Origin: an uncultured bacterium
GTDB taxonomy: Bacteria > Babelota > Babeliae > Babelales > Babelaceae
Direction: 5' to 3'
Assembly (NCBI GenBank): GCA_963713855.1
Contig: OY970209.1
Coordinates: 768,001-832,000 of the forward strand
Length of the DNA stretch: 64,000 nt
Positions 20,359-30,072 of the stretch are shown piece after piece. Position 1 is the stretch's first letter. Every line of letters starts with the position of its first letter. Position numbers and translations under genes: made by a program. The notes below the pieces were generated by a model. That model saw only the letters and a program-made list of their open reading frames with translations. It did not search any database and was not told the origin of the DNA.

Positions 20359-20408
20359 GGTAAAATACGTAAAACGAAGATTACGATTCTAGAATAGACT
20401 CAGCCATT

Positions 20409-20834
20409 CTAGTCTTTGACGCCTTGATAGTATACTATGCTGACAATGGTTAAAAAGTTTCCAATTAAGAATGCGCTTGACCAGCTATATGAGCTAGAAA
20501 ATGCAACGGTATGAAGAAGTAAAAAAAAGCTTATAAACACAGATACGAGAGCTTTAGACTCCTGAAGAACCTGTCTTAAAAAAAGAGCACTCATACCGCT
20601 TCCCGACAAAAAGAGAATCTCTAAAATTGCTGCAGATCCGGTCATATAGGCTAAAGCTAAGGGGAAAAATCCACTTAGAGCATAGAGCATACGCGAGTCT
20701 GAAAACCAAAGTACTGCGTGATAGTTAATAAGGGTAGGAAAAATGAGTCTATATCCCGTCCATCCTGTCACGATAAGATCGGTCATAAGGCATCCCAGGG
20801 ATAAGAAAACTCTACGTTTCCAGCGGCTCTCCAT
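20409..20834 (-). CDS. Small multi-pass membrane protein; intact source of repeat copies A and B
   Basis: Hydrophobic ORF; start placed at ATG 20834 (MESRWK) to avoid overlap with divergent hflX. Confidence 0.6.
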   Translation of the reverse strand: MESRWKRRVFLSLGCLMTDLIVTGWTGYRLIFPTLINYHAVLWFSDSRMLYALSGFFPLALAYMTGSAAILEILFLSGSGMSALFLRQVLQESKALVSVFISFFLLLHTVAFSSSYSWSSAFLIGNFLTIVSIVYYQGVKD

Positions 20835-20920
20835 GCTTGTACCTATTTTTTGCGCTATGAATAACCAGTATATCAGTGTATGATGGTATAAGAGTACTTT
20901 CAAAAAATCACTTAAGCAAT

Positions 20921-22048
20921 ATGAAAAAACAAGCCACATCAGTGTTGCAACACCCACGTACCCTTATTGTTGGTGTGCAGGCACCGTATAATCCCATCAA
21001 AGACATCAATTCCTATTTTGAGGAATTCAAAAACCTTGTACACTCAAGCGGTAGGGAATTCGACTTTGAGTTTTTCATTAAGTTACGAGCTATTGATACC
21101 GGTTATTTTCTTACGAAAGGTAAGCTTGACGAGCTTACTGCATTTTGTGCTCAGAAAGACGTTGAAGTCATTATCTTTTCCGAAGCGCTTTCAGCTATGC
21201 AAGAGCGCAATTTGGAGGATGCTCTCCATTGTCCTATCATTGATCGTACACTTCTCATTCTTGAGATTTTTGAAAAAGGCGCAACATCTGCTGAGGGCAA
21301 AAAACAGGTTGCTCTTGCTCGACTAGAGTTTGATAAAACTCGACTCGCAGGCCGCGGTGTTTCGATGTCACAGCAAACCGGTCGAATTGGTGTGCGTGGA
21401 CCGGGTGAAACGCAAAAAGAAAAAGAGACGCAGCATATTGAACGTCTTGCAGTAAAACTTAAAAGAGATCTGGAAAGGCTTGAACAAATTCGTCATACCC
21501 AGCGCCAAGGACGCCTTCAAAGTGGATTGCCACAGTTATGCATAATCGGGTACACAAACGCAGGTAAATCAACAATTCTTAATGCACTAACTAAAAGTGA
21601 AGTACTTGCTGAGAATAAACTTTTTTCAACGCTTGATACCTCAACGCGTGAACTGTATCTCGATAATAAAAAGCAAGCACTCATCTCTGACACGGTTGGA
21701 TTTATTCAGCAGCTGCCGCATCACTTAGTGAATGCTTTTAAGTCTACGCTTTCAGAGCTTGAGTATGCCGATCTTTTACTTCACGTTGTTGATATAGCTG
21801 ATCCTAATTGGCAAGAGCATTGTCTTACGGTGCATAGTGTCTTAGAGGAGCTTGAAATCGATAAGCCAATGCTTTATGTGTTTAACAAGATTGATAAAAT
21901 TGATACGACTCCGCTCGCATTAGCTCTTCAAAAGTATAAACCACACGTGCTTGTCTCAGCTAAAGAGGGAGCATTAAGCCAGCTTACAGATTATTTAAAA
22001 GTATGGCTTGCTGATTGGAAAGCCCTCAGAAAGCCAAATCCTAAGTAG
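20921..22048 (+). CDS. hflX: Ribosome-associated GTPase HflX
   Basis: IIDRTLLILEIF, GPGETQKE, GYTNAGKST, LFSTLD, DTVGFI, NKID; start ATG 20921 preferred. Confidence 0.96.
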   Translation: MKKQATSVLQHPRTLIVGVQAPYNPIKDINSYFEEFKNLVHSSGREFDFEFFIKLRAIDTGYFLTKGKLDELTAFCAQKDVEVIIFSEALSAMQERNLEDALHCPIIDRTLLILEIFEKGATSAEGKKQVALARLEFDKTRLAGRGVSMSQQTGRIGVRGPGETQKEKETQHIERLAVKLKRDLERLEQIRHTQRQGRLQSGLPQLCIIGYTNAGKSTILNALTKSEVLAENKLFSTLDTSTRELYLDNKKQALISDTVGFIQQLPHHLVNAFKSTLSELEYADLLLHVVDIADPNWQEHCLTVHSVLEELEIDKPMLYVFNKIDKIDTTPLALALQKYKPHVLVSAKEGALSQLTDYLKVWLADWKALRKPNPK

Positions 22049-25000
22049 TGCCTATAGGTTGATATCCCCAGCTTTTAAGAATGCTATCAACGTTATCCTG
22101 GTAGGTAGAGATAAGATTTTTTGTATGACTATTAAGAACATCTCTGAATGCATCAGTAAGTGTTGTATCATTCCACGGTGAGGCTTTATTGACAGTACCT
22201 GCTTGATCTTGGATAAGCTTATCAAGCGCGACCATGTCTGCGACCTGATTATGATACGAATCAATGAGCTGTTGACCCAGTTCTTTTATCTGTTCATCTG
22301 TCATTTTTTCGTCACCTTGCTTGGTACCTCCAAAGAAACTCCAAATTGAACCAAGGGCATTAGAAAACTTACTAAACGCTTGTTTAACGGAGCTTGTTTC
22401 TTTTTCAGCTATCTTGGCCATGATTGTGATAGTAATACGAGAAAGAATCTGGTTATGTACCATTTGAGCTTGTAAAGCGTCCCTTCGAGTATCGATCATG
22501 AAACGATAGGCTTGAGTGATTCTTCTTTTTGCTAGCCAACGATTAAGAAAGAAGCGCTCATTAAGGTTTTGTTCCATTTTTTTGAATGCGGCTTCAACTT
22601 CAACTGCACGTGCGTTAGGTTCAAGCCCCAATAGAACATAAAGCTGATCACGAGCTTTATCAGCTGTAGCAACTTTGTCATCAACTTGTTTCTTGTAATC
22701 TACTGCGTTATCAACAAGCTTGGTAAGATCGGTTGAAACAAGTTTCTTCATACCCTTCATTGCACGGTTCCAGACGTCCGTATTTTGTGGTAGTTCTTCC
22801 GGTTTATATCCTGCTGCGATCATTTGCTGTCTCAGGGCTTCACGTGAAGCTGGATTTGGCTTTAGTTGTTCAGAAAGGACGTATAAGCTTGCGGCAGTAC
22901 CAAGACCCGAGAAAATGCCGCCAATGTCAGAAAAAATCCCGCCTCCAAAACTACCGATGGTTGTGCCAAGAACAGCACCTATGGGCCCACCAACGGCGGT
23001 ACCAACCACACCTCCCAACATTGGAGAGCCATAGCCAATGGCGATTTTTGTGGTAAAGAACGCAAGAATACCTGCAGGGAGTATACTGTACCATGCGCCA
23101 GCGGATCCCGCCAGTCTTGCCTTCTGAATACTAGTTTTCCAGCGTAGCGATAAGCTTACGAGTCCGCCGTTGACGACATTTTTAATTTCTTTGTAGAGCG
23201 TTTTAAACTCTTCAAGAGCAGTAGCGTTTGTAATTTTTACTGCGTCATCAAAACCATATAGTATGGCAATATTTTCTACCATAGCTGTTAGCCCAGCTTG
23301 TTCACGGGCAGCTGCTTGTTCTTCTGGAGGCAGATCAGCAATCTTGGCTTCCCGTTCTATAACACCTTCAAAATGAGGATCAGCGCTTTCTTTATTAGTT
23401 GACTCAGCTCTCTGGACAGCTAAAACGTCACTGATTCCTTGCAGAGTCGTTCTTGCGTCAAATTGTTCAGGTGGAGGCGGATTTATAAAGGGTGACGTAT
23501 CGACAACACGTGCAGCCGCGTCTTCTAATGTTCTTTCCGTCACAAAATTATTGCGATAGACCCATCTGAGTATTCTTATTTGATCTTCAGGTATAAAACT
23601 AGTGAGTTGATACGCTTCAGCTATTTCAATAGGCCTTCCATTAAGATACATTTTAGGATCGGGCTGCTTTCCTTCGGGATTGTTTTTGCGGTATGCATCA
23701 AATTGTTGGGTGCGCCCTTCAAGCTGCCTGCAAAGTACGGAAATGCTAGCAAGATAGAAACCCTTGTCGGTGGTTCTATAACGCTGCACCTCTTGCCCAT
23801 CAACGGTTTCAGTTACTTCCTCAGCGAATTTGTTTGCGATTAATTGGTCTAAAATAGGTTTATCTACTCTATCTAGGTCCTGAGAATATTGCTCTATGAA
23901 TTGACCTACTTCAATAAGGTCATGGTCTTTGCCAGAGATGCTCATTTTTGGTTCACGAAGTAAGCCAGTAAGCTGCCCTAAAGCATCTTGCTGAGACTTC
24001 ATAACCTCAAGCCTGTCCGTGAATATTGGCTCATCGTAGTTCAGTTGATCTGGTAAGGCTGAAGCAGTGCTCATCAAGCTTATGTTTGCCTGTTTAACTT
24101 GATCAGCCGTGGCTTCAGTATTTAAGAAATTTTTGTAATTTTCTGCAGTTTCTAGGATGTTTGACCAGGCTTTTACCTGTCCATCGACTCTCTCGAATAA
24201 TATAACCATTGGCTCGGGCAAAGCGTGCTCGGTCATGGCATCAAGCGATTTACTCATCTCATCAAGCGTTGTTCGTAACTCGCCTATGGTGTCTAATGTT
24301 GTAGCTTGTAGTTGAGGAAGTGTTTCTTCTAATTGAGTTTTTAATTTTGCGAGCTGCTCAACGTTTGCCGTAATAGCTTCTTTGCGATCACCAAGTGCTT
24401 TGGTTAGCTTTGCGGAAAGGCTGTCTAATAGTGCTTTATCAGAAGCCGGAATTAAATCTTCATAACTTAATGTTGTATCCTTAATGGGTGGACTCTCTAA
24501 ATCTGCGTAAGCTTGTTCAAGTTTGCCGTAAAGGTCTTTGAGCTCTTTTGGATCTTGCGTTTTACTAATACGGTCCAGAATATCAGTAACGTTTCGATCA
24601 ATGTTTGCTAACATATCTTCAGGTAAAGCAGGTAAAGCTCCAAGAGCGAAGTCTGCTTTTTGTATGTCTTCAGCTTTACTAAATTCAGGGGCCAAGGATT
24701 TTGTTATTTGCGCATTTTTTACTAGATATTTTTTAATGGTGCTTGTTAGTGTTCGTAAATCACTTTGATTTTGTTTGTTTGCGGGTAAGCCTTGTTGAGC
24801 TTCTGCAAAGTCTTTGAGTCGAGTAATCCTTTGAGCAGCTGCTGTTTGTGCTTCAATTCCTTTCGAACCCTGCCTATATTTTTGACTAAAGTCTAAGTAC
24901 TGTTTTAATTGATCAGCTTGCTTACTATAACTATCTACATAAGATTTTTGAGCATTTGCAGCAGCTGATGAAAGAGTGCTAGTTGAGGCATGAGAATTCA

Positions 25001-26414
25001 ATGTGGATACCACAGCAGTGTCTAAAGTTGCAAGTAATGCTTGAGCGCTTCCTGGTAATTGTTCGAAAAGTTTTTGACCTGCCTTATCTTGAGTCATGGC
25101 TACCAATGAGCTAAAGGCTTCTTGAGGCGGCAAAGAAAGAGCTTTTTGAGCAAGATTATCTATCGCTTTGCTAACACCCTCTTGGCTTTTTTGTAAATCA
25201 GATTGAGATAAACTTAGGCCGGTCGTGCTATCAGTATAGCGAGTAGCAATAGCGCTAAACGCTTCAGTAGGATTATCGCTTAAAGGCGTGTTTGCAAGGT
25301 AATCTGAAAGTTTTTTAGCGACTGAAGACTCAGCTTCTGCTTTAAGAGCCGGGGTCACTCTACTAAGAATCGTGTTAGCTAGGTTATTGAATGCTTGTGG
25401 TGTTTGGTTATTCAAATCGGTTTTCGTAAAATAGTCGATCATTTTTTTTGAGAGCATAGTAGTAACAGCTTGCGAAACCTCTTTAGGAAAAAAATGAGGA
25501 TCGAAGGCTGTTGTAATAGCTTGCTCTAAACTGCCTCCAGAAAGAGCATCAAGCACAGCCTGTGGGGTATCGCCAACTCTTCCGGAATCAACGAGGCTTC
25601 CTAAGTGATCACTTATTTTTTGTAGAACAACCTTCTCCAAAGTAGTTTTATAGGCTCCAGGCATTTCCTCGATGAGCTCCATAAGCTTACGGTGGCTATC
25701 AAACTCAAGCGCAACACTTCTTTCTGGTGGAAATGTGACAGATTTAATAACAGTTTCTAGCTTATTGGTAAGAGCATCCATGACACGATTGTAATCGCGA
25801 GTGCTTTCACCTGAAGTAAAGTAGTTTCCGCTTCGCATATTGTTCGCTAACGTTGCAATGTTCGTGAGTGCTTCAACACCGTCAAAAGTAGTAAAATTTT
25901 CCGTTGGAGTTTTTTGGATGATATCGATTAAGCGATCAGCTCTTTGCTCAGGAGTTACATCAGTAAAAAGAGGTCCCCCTCTGCCCCAGATTCTTCCCGG
26001 CCTTTCCGAGAAAGTGTTAAATTCTTTCTGCCAATCAGCAAGATCTGTGGCGGCAAGAATTTGTTGTTCGGTAACAGTCGTTGTAACTGTGATGGGACCA
26101 CCCTCCTGGCCCGTACCACCAGTAGTGCCGTCGCCTATTTTGGGAACTGAAGCGAGCTCTTGTTCGACTATAGTAATTTGCTGTACAACCGCTTGTTCTT
26201 TCTGTTGAATATTTTGAACTGTTTGCGTATCTCCACGCTGTTGGGCAGCAAGCTGTTCTTCTTCAAGTTGCTTTTTTTGTTCTTCGAGCTGTGTTCTTTG
26301 CTCTTCCAGCTTTTCTGTGTCTTCAACTGGATTGCCTTCAGGCTCACCATCTTGAGCGATCATCACGCTAATACAAAATGCACTTATAAGAACTACATAG
26401 CTTAACTTCTTCAT
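22041..26414 (-). CDS. Large secreted helical protein with glycine-zipper hydrophobic region and J-like domain
   Basis: Signal peptide, Q/E coiled coil, GGVVGTAVGGPIGAVLGTTIG, LYVLLGLEPNA...AFKKM...ITQAYRFM. Confidence 0.75.
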   Translation of the reverse strand: MKKLSYVVLISAFCISVMIAQDGEPEGNPVEDTEKLEEQRTQLEEQKKQLEEEQLAAQQRGDTQTVQNIQQKEQAVVQQITIVEQELASVPKIGDGTTGGTGQEGGPITVTTTVTEQQILAATDLADWQKEFNTFSERPGRIWGRGGPLFTDVTPEQRADRLIDIIQKTPTENFTTFDGVEALTNIATLANNMRSGNYFTSGESTRDYNRVMDALTNKLETVIKSVTFPPERSVALEFDSHRKLMELIEEMPGAYKTTLEKVVLQKISDHLGSLVDSGRVGDTPQAVLDALSGGSLEQAITTAFDPHFFPKEVSQAVTTMLSKKMIDYFTKTDLNNQTPQAFNNLANTILSRVTPALKAEAESSVAKKLSDYLANTPLSDNPTEAFSAIATRYTDSTTGLSLSQSDLQKSQEGVSKAIDNLAQKALSLPPQEAFSSLVAMTQDKAGQKLFEQLPGSAQALLATLDTAVVSTLNSHASTSTLSSAAANAQKSYVDSYSKQADQLKQYLDFSQKYRQGSKGIEAQTAAAQRITRLKDFAEAQQGLPANKQNQSDLRTLTSTIKKYLVKNAQITKSLAPEFSKAEDIQKADFALGALPALPEDMLANIDRNVTDILDRISKTQDPKELKDLYGKLEQAYADLESPPIKDTTLSYEDLIPASDKALLDSLSAKLTKALGDRKEAITANVEQLAKLKTQLEETLPQLQATTLDTIGELRTTLDEMSKSLDAMTEHALPEPMVILFERVDGQVKAWSNILETAENYKNFLNTEATADQVKQANISLMSTASALPDQLNYDEPIFTDRLEVMKSQQDALGQLTGLLREPKMSISGKDHDLIEVGQFIEQYSQDLDRVDKPILDQLIANKFAEEVTETVDGQEVQRYRTTDKGFYLASISVLCRQLEGRTQQFDAYRKNNPEGKQPDPKMYLNGRPIEIAEAYQLTSFIPEDQIRILRWVYRNNFVTERTLEDAAARVVDTSPFINPPPPEQFDARTTLQGISDVLAVQRAESTNKESADPHFEGVIEREAKIADLPPEEQAAAREQAGLTAMVENIAILYGFDDAVKITNATALEEFKTLYKEIKNVVNGGLVSLSLRWKTSIQKARLAGSAGAWYSILPAGILAFFTTKIAIGYGSPMLGGVVGTAVGGPIGAVLGTTIGSFGGGIFSDIGGIFSGLGTAASLYVLSEQLKPNPASREALRQQMIAAGYKPEELPQNTDVWNRAMKGMKKLVSTDLTKLVDNAVDYKKQVDDKVATADKARDQLYVLLGLEPNARAVEVEAAFKKMEQNLNERFFLNRWLAKRRITQAYRFMIDTRRDALQAQMVHNQILSRITITIMAKIAEKETSSVKQAFSKFSNALGSIWSFFGGTKQGDEKMTDEQIKELGQQLIDSYHNQVADMVALDKLIQDQAGTVNKASPWNDTTLTDAFRDVLNSHTKNLISTYQDNVDSILKSWGYQPIGTT

Positions 26415-26656
26415 TACCAGCTACCTTATATAACTTCATTTTTGTTTTATTATATCTTTTTTATATTCTAAATAGCAATATAAATATGAATTCATCAGGT
26501 AGCTTGATATAATTAATAAGGTCAATTAATGCCCGTTATTAGTCCCGTTTACTAAGAGGTGCTTTTAAGGACCCCGTTATCGGTTTTTGCCCATACAAAA
26601 AAAAGAGGAACGTATTTAACGTTCCTCTTAATTAAATTAGCCGAGTATGTAAGTAC

Positions 26657-27565
26657 TTAGGAACCCGATAAGTAGCGTACCAAATTTGCTAGACCACTAG
26701 TCGCACGTCCGAGCAAGCTGCTTTGGCTAGCTGCGCGTGCTCCTGCTACAAGAGCGGCTGCTTGAGCAGCTCTTGGATAAGAAGAATCCGACGCGACCAT
26801 GTCAGCAGTTCTGCCCACACCATCAACTACGTTTGGATTGGCTCCACGAGCTAGCAATAGTTGTACCATCTCAACTTCGCCACGGTAAGCTGCATAAAAA
26901 AGTGCAGTCCAGCCACTGTTGTCCTGGTCATCGATGTTAGCAACAGCACCTAAGTCCAAAAGCAAATTGACTATGCTCTCCGGCGCATGAAGAACGGCAA
27001 ACTGCAGAGGAGTTTGGCCCTCACGATCTGGCCTGTTGATAATTTGTTTGTCTTTTTGAACGAGGAACTCGATTATTTTTTCTCTGCCTTCGTGATCATA
27101 TCTAATCGCCTCAAAAAATGGCGCGATATGATGAGTAGCGCCTCGAAGATAGAGGTTTGCCCCTCTAGCTAACAATTCATTAATGAGAGTAAAAGGCTCG
27201 TTTTCATCTATAGCAACCAATAAAGGTGTCGACAGATCTCGATTTGAGGTATAGGTGAATTGAACATCTCGCGGGTGTGCGAGAGCTATGGCGACTGCTT
27301 TGTCGCTCTCGTCGGGAGTTACGTAGTTAATTAGACGTGGATTAGCTCGCAGCCGAACATCATCAATTCTCCCATCAATTAATTGATTAATTATTTGGTA
27401 CCCGTTCTCGTGATCTTCTTTAGTCCACTTTGTTTCTTCACTACTTTCATCGCCGCTTGACTCGTCTCCAGATCCGGTTTCCATGCCTATAAGGCTTACA
27501 GGAGAGCCTAGAGCAAAGATCAAGAGCAAGCTCAGGAGGCTTCCCTTATTTTTGATTAATTCCAT
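26657..27565 (-). CDS. Secreted ankyrin-repeat protein
   Basis: Signal peptide; GQTPLQFAV, GWTALFYAAYRGEVEMVQLLLARGANPN. Confidence 0.9.
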   Translation of the reverse strand: MELIKNKGSLLSLLLIFALGSPVSLIGMETGSGDESSGDESSEETKWTKEDHENGYQIINQLIDGRIDDVRLRANPRLINYVTPDESDKAVAIALAHPRDVQFTYTSNRDLSTPLLVAIDENEPFTLINELLARGANLYLRGATHHIAPFFEAIRYDHEGREKIIEFLVQKDKQIINRPDREGQTPLQFAVLHAPESIVNLLLDLGAVANIDDQDNSGWTALFYAAYRGEVEMVQLLLARGANPNVVDGVGRTADMVASDSSYPRAAQAAALVAGARAASQSSLLGRATSGLANLVRYLSGS

Positions 27566-27857
27566 AAAAATCCCTTAATTTTTATATAACAGAAAATATT
27601 ATTATTACTAAAATAGCACTTTTTATTAAAAATAGGCAAGCAGTTTGTGGTCAGTGAGCGCTATTTCAATCAATGTAGCAGCTTTTAAATAAAAATCACC
27701 CCCAGATAAAAATATCCATGGAAAGGCCTCAAGATGCTGCAAAGCTTTTAGAGAGAATCTTGAGTAAAAGGCATTTTGCAGTACCGCCTTGATGAGTAAG
27801 AGAAAAGGCCAAGAAAGCCGGTCTATTAAAGTCGGCTTTCTCGCTGGATTAGTAAAA

Positions 27858-28730
27858 TTAGCCCTCAGGAAGGGACTCTGTTAGGTGACTCGACGATCTG
27901 GCTTGTATTATCCGAGCTGCAAGTTCGGCTGAACCATGTTCATCTGGAACTAGTGATACTTCATAGGGTCTCCTGCCATCTCTAGCTGCGATGTTTGGAT
28001 CTGCTGCGTGGTCTAGGAGCAGGATTAGAGTTTCGAATGATGAAGGGCTGGGGTTGTGGACGAGATAGTGTAATGCGGCCCATCCATTTGCATCCTGAGC
28101 ATTAACTTCAGCGCCTAGTCTTAGAAGTTCTTCAACAAATGATGTTGCGACACCGAGCTGAAGGGCAAATTGTAAAGGAGTTTGGCCAGCTCGTCCAGGG
28201 GTATTTATTAGATCTCCACCCCTATTAGCAAGAAATTGAATGAGCTCTACATCGAGTCGACAGCGGTGAATAGCCTCTATGAAAGGGAGTAACTGATTAC
28301 TGCTTCCAGGTTGTAGAGGATCAACATCTCTTTCTAAAAGGTCAGTCATGAGGGCAAGGTGTTCAGAAGTTGAGCCAAGGGCGGCTAACAATGGAGTGGA
28401 AGTGTCATCAACTAAAAACTGTATTCTTGAGGGATCGATGAAATAAAGGATTCTTTCAGTGTCTACAATTGGACTTCTGTAATTAATAAGGTTGGGATGC
28501 TGGTCTAGCAAGGCTAATGCTTGAGCACGATCAAGACGTCGAATGGCAGCGAGCAATTCTTCGCCGATTGCGTTAGGTTCGCCAGTTTGCCTCGTCTTAT
28601 CCCATTTAAGTTCTTCTTCTTTTTCGTCCTTCTCTGAGCCTTTGTGCATGCATACAAGGCTAGCGGATGAGCCTAGAGCCAAGATAAGAAACAAACCAGG
28701 AAAAAATCCCTTAGTTTTGATCAATTGCAT
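27858..28730 (-). CDS. Secreted ankyrin-repeat protein, tandem paralog of 26657..27565
   Basis: MQLIKTKG aligns with MELIKNKG; shared STPLL, GQTPLQFA, GWxAL. Confidence 0.9.
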   Translation of the reverse strand: MQLIKTKGFFPGLFLILALGSSASLVCMHKGSEKDEKEEELKWDKTRQTGEPNAIGEELLAAIRRLDRAQALALLDQHPNLINYRSPIVDTERILYFIDPSRIQFLVDDTSTPLLAALGSTSEHLALMTDLLERDVDPLQPGSSNQLLPFIEAIHRCRLDVELIQFLANRGGDLINTPGRAGQTPLQFALQLGVATSFVEELLRLGAEVNAQDANGWAALHYLVHNPSPSSFETLILLLDHAADPNIAARDGRRPYEVSLVPDEHGSAELAARIIQARSSSHLTESLPEG

Positions 28731-28802
28731 AAAAAAGCCTTTTGACACATAGCAAAACAGGGTGGCAAAAACTACCACCCTGCTCATTTTAAAAAAAACG
28801 TA

Positions 28803-29183
28803 TTATTCCTTGCTTAGTTCTCGAAGAGCTTCTTCAAGAAGTTGAAGGTCAGCCTCTGAAAATTCCTCAAAAGCGTCTTTCTCTGCGCTTTCAGAGCCAC
28901 TTAATACTTCATCAAGATTTGCATCTTCTTTAGCAGTTTCGGTTGTGGCAGCTTTTTCTTGAACTTCATTTTTGCAGCTTGATACCTGAGGCGCATCTTT
29001 TTGCGAAGATGGTGCATTTGCAGCTTTAGCTTTTTCAAGCTCTTCTTTAGCTACTGGTTTTTGTTTAAGCCCATTAGGCGCAATTGGCTGTTGTTGAGTG
29101 CAGTCTTTGCACGTTGAAGCATCTAATTGTTGGCCTACCAATACTAAAGCAAGCACTAGGCCCATTTGAGTGTACAATTTCAT
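28803..29183 (-). CDS. Small exported acidic protein
   Basis: AAGGAG RBS, signal peptide, CKDC, acidic tail. Confidence 0.7.
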   Translation of the reverse strand: MKLYTQMGLVLALVLVGQQLDASTCKDCTQQQPIAPNGLKQKPVAKEELEKAKAANAPSSQKDAPQVSSCKNEVQEKAATTETAKEDANLDEVLSGSESAEKDAFEEFSEADLQLLEEALRELSKE

Positions 29184-29544
29184 AGTGATCTCCTTATACA
29201 AATGGAGTTATGATAGCTAATTGGTTAAAGAATAATACAATACAGGAAAATATTTTTTAATAAGCACATAATCCAAGCGTAGCATATAAAAAAAATTTTA
29301 CTAGTCTTCAATATTTGAGCCCAAAGCTGGCAAAGGTCTGCTAAAAGATCTAACCTTTAGGACAAGTATCGACAAGTAATATCATTACAAAAAGGGATTA
29401 CCCGAAGGACTTGATTAACGTTATAAGTTGATGCTTGCAAAGTGAAAAGAGGGTTGCCGGATATAGTTTGCCGGTATTGCGTTATGGCGATATTTTTTTT
29501 AGAGTATGCTATACGGTAGTTTACTTTATAAAGGAGAGTGACAA

Positions 29545-29919
29545 ATGAACGGAGCACCTTATTACAGAGCGCATACAGTTTGGCTCATGTTAAAAATTAC
29601 GTATGGGTTGTTATTTGTAGCGGCCGGTATTGATAAATATTTTAACATGTTGACAAGGTGGGGCCACTATCTTAGTCCAATTATAGTGCGCATGCTTCCT
29701 GTATCCGTCGTACATTTCATGTACGCTATTGGGGCTTTTGAGATCGTTATCGGGCTTCTTATCCTAACAAACTGGACTAAACAAGGTGCTTATTTAGCAA
29801 CGGCTTGGCTATTGGTTATTGCAGCCGGTCTTCTAACTATGCGTATGTTTTATGATATTGCTGTTAGCGATATAGTGATGGCTGTAGGAGCTTATGCTCT
29901 AGCTCTTTTAAGTGCTTAG
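29545..29919 (+). CDS. DoxX-like membrane protein
   Basis: AGIDKYFN.LT.W..YL, GAFEIVIG, YDIAV.DI. Confidence 0.8.
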   Translation: MNGAPYYRAHTVWLMLKITYGLLFVAAGIDKYFNMLTRWGHYLSPIIVRMLPVSVVHFMYAIGAFEIVIGLLILTNWTKQGAYLATAWLLVIAAGLLTMRMFYDIAVSDIVMAVGAYALALLSA

Positions 29920-30072
29920 TATATCTATTTAGCACCATAGGAATCCATACTCTTTTTTTACAGAAGCTTTCTTGCTTTTAGTAAAGTTGTTTTTTGCTCT
30001 TTTTCTTCGAGCTATAGTAAGTTTTTGTTCCAGAATAGTAGGCTCGTTATAGTACACCACAAAGAGACGACT

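Noticed and set aside
22052..26405. Many short ORFs overlapping the 1457-aa gene (and similar ones inside uvrD, murC and the NhaC gene)
   Set aside because: Shadow frames of long coding sequences
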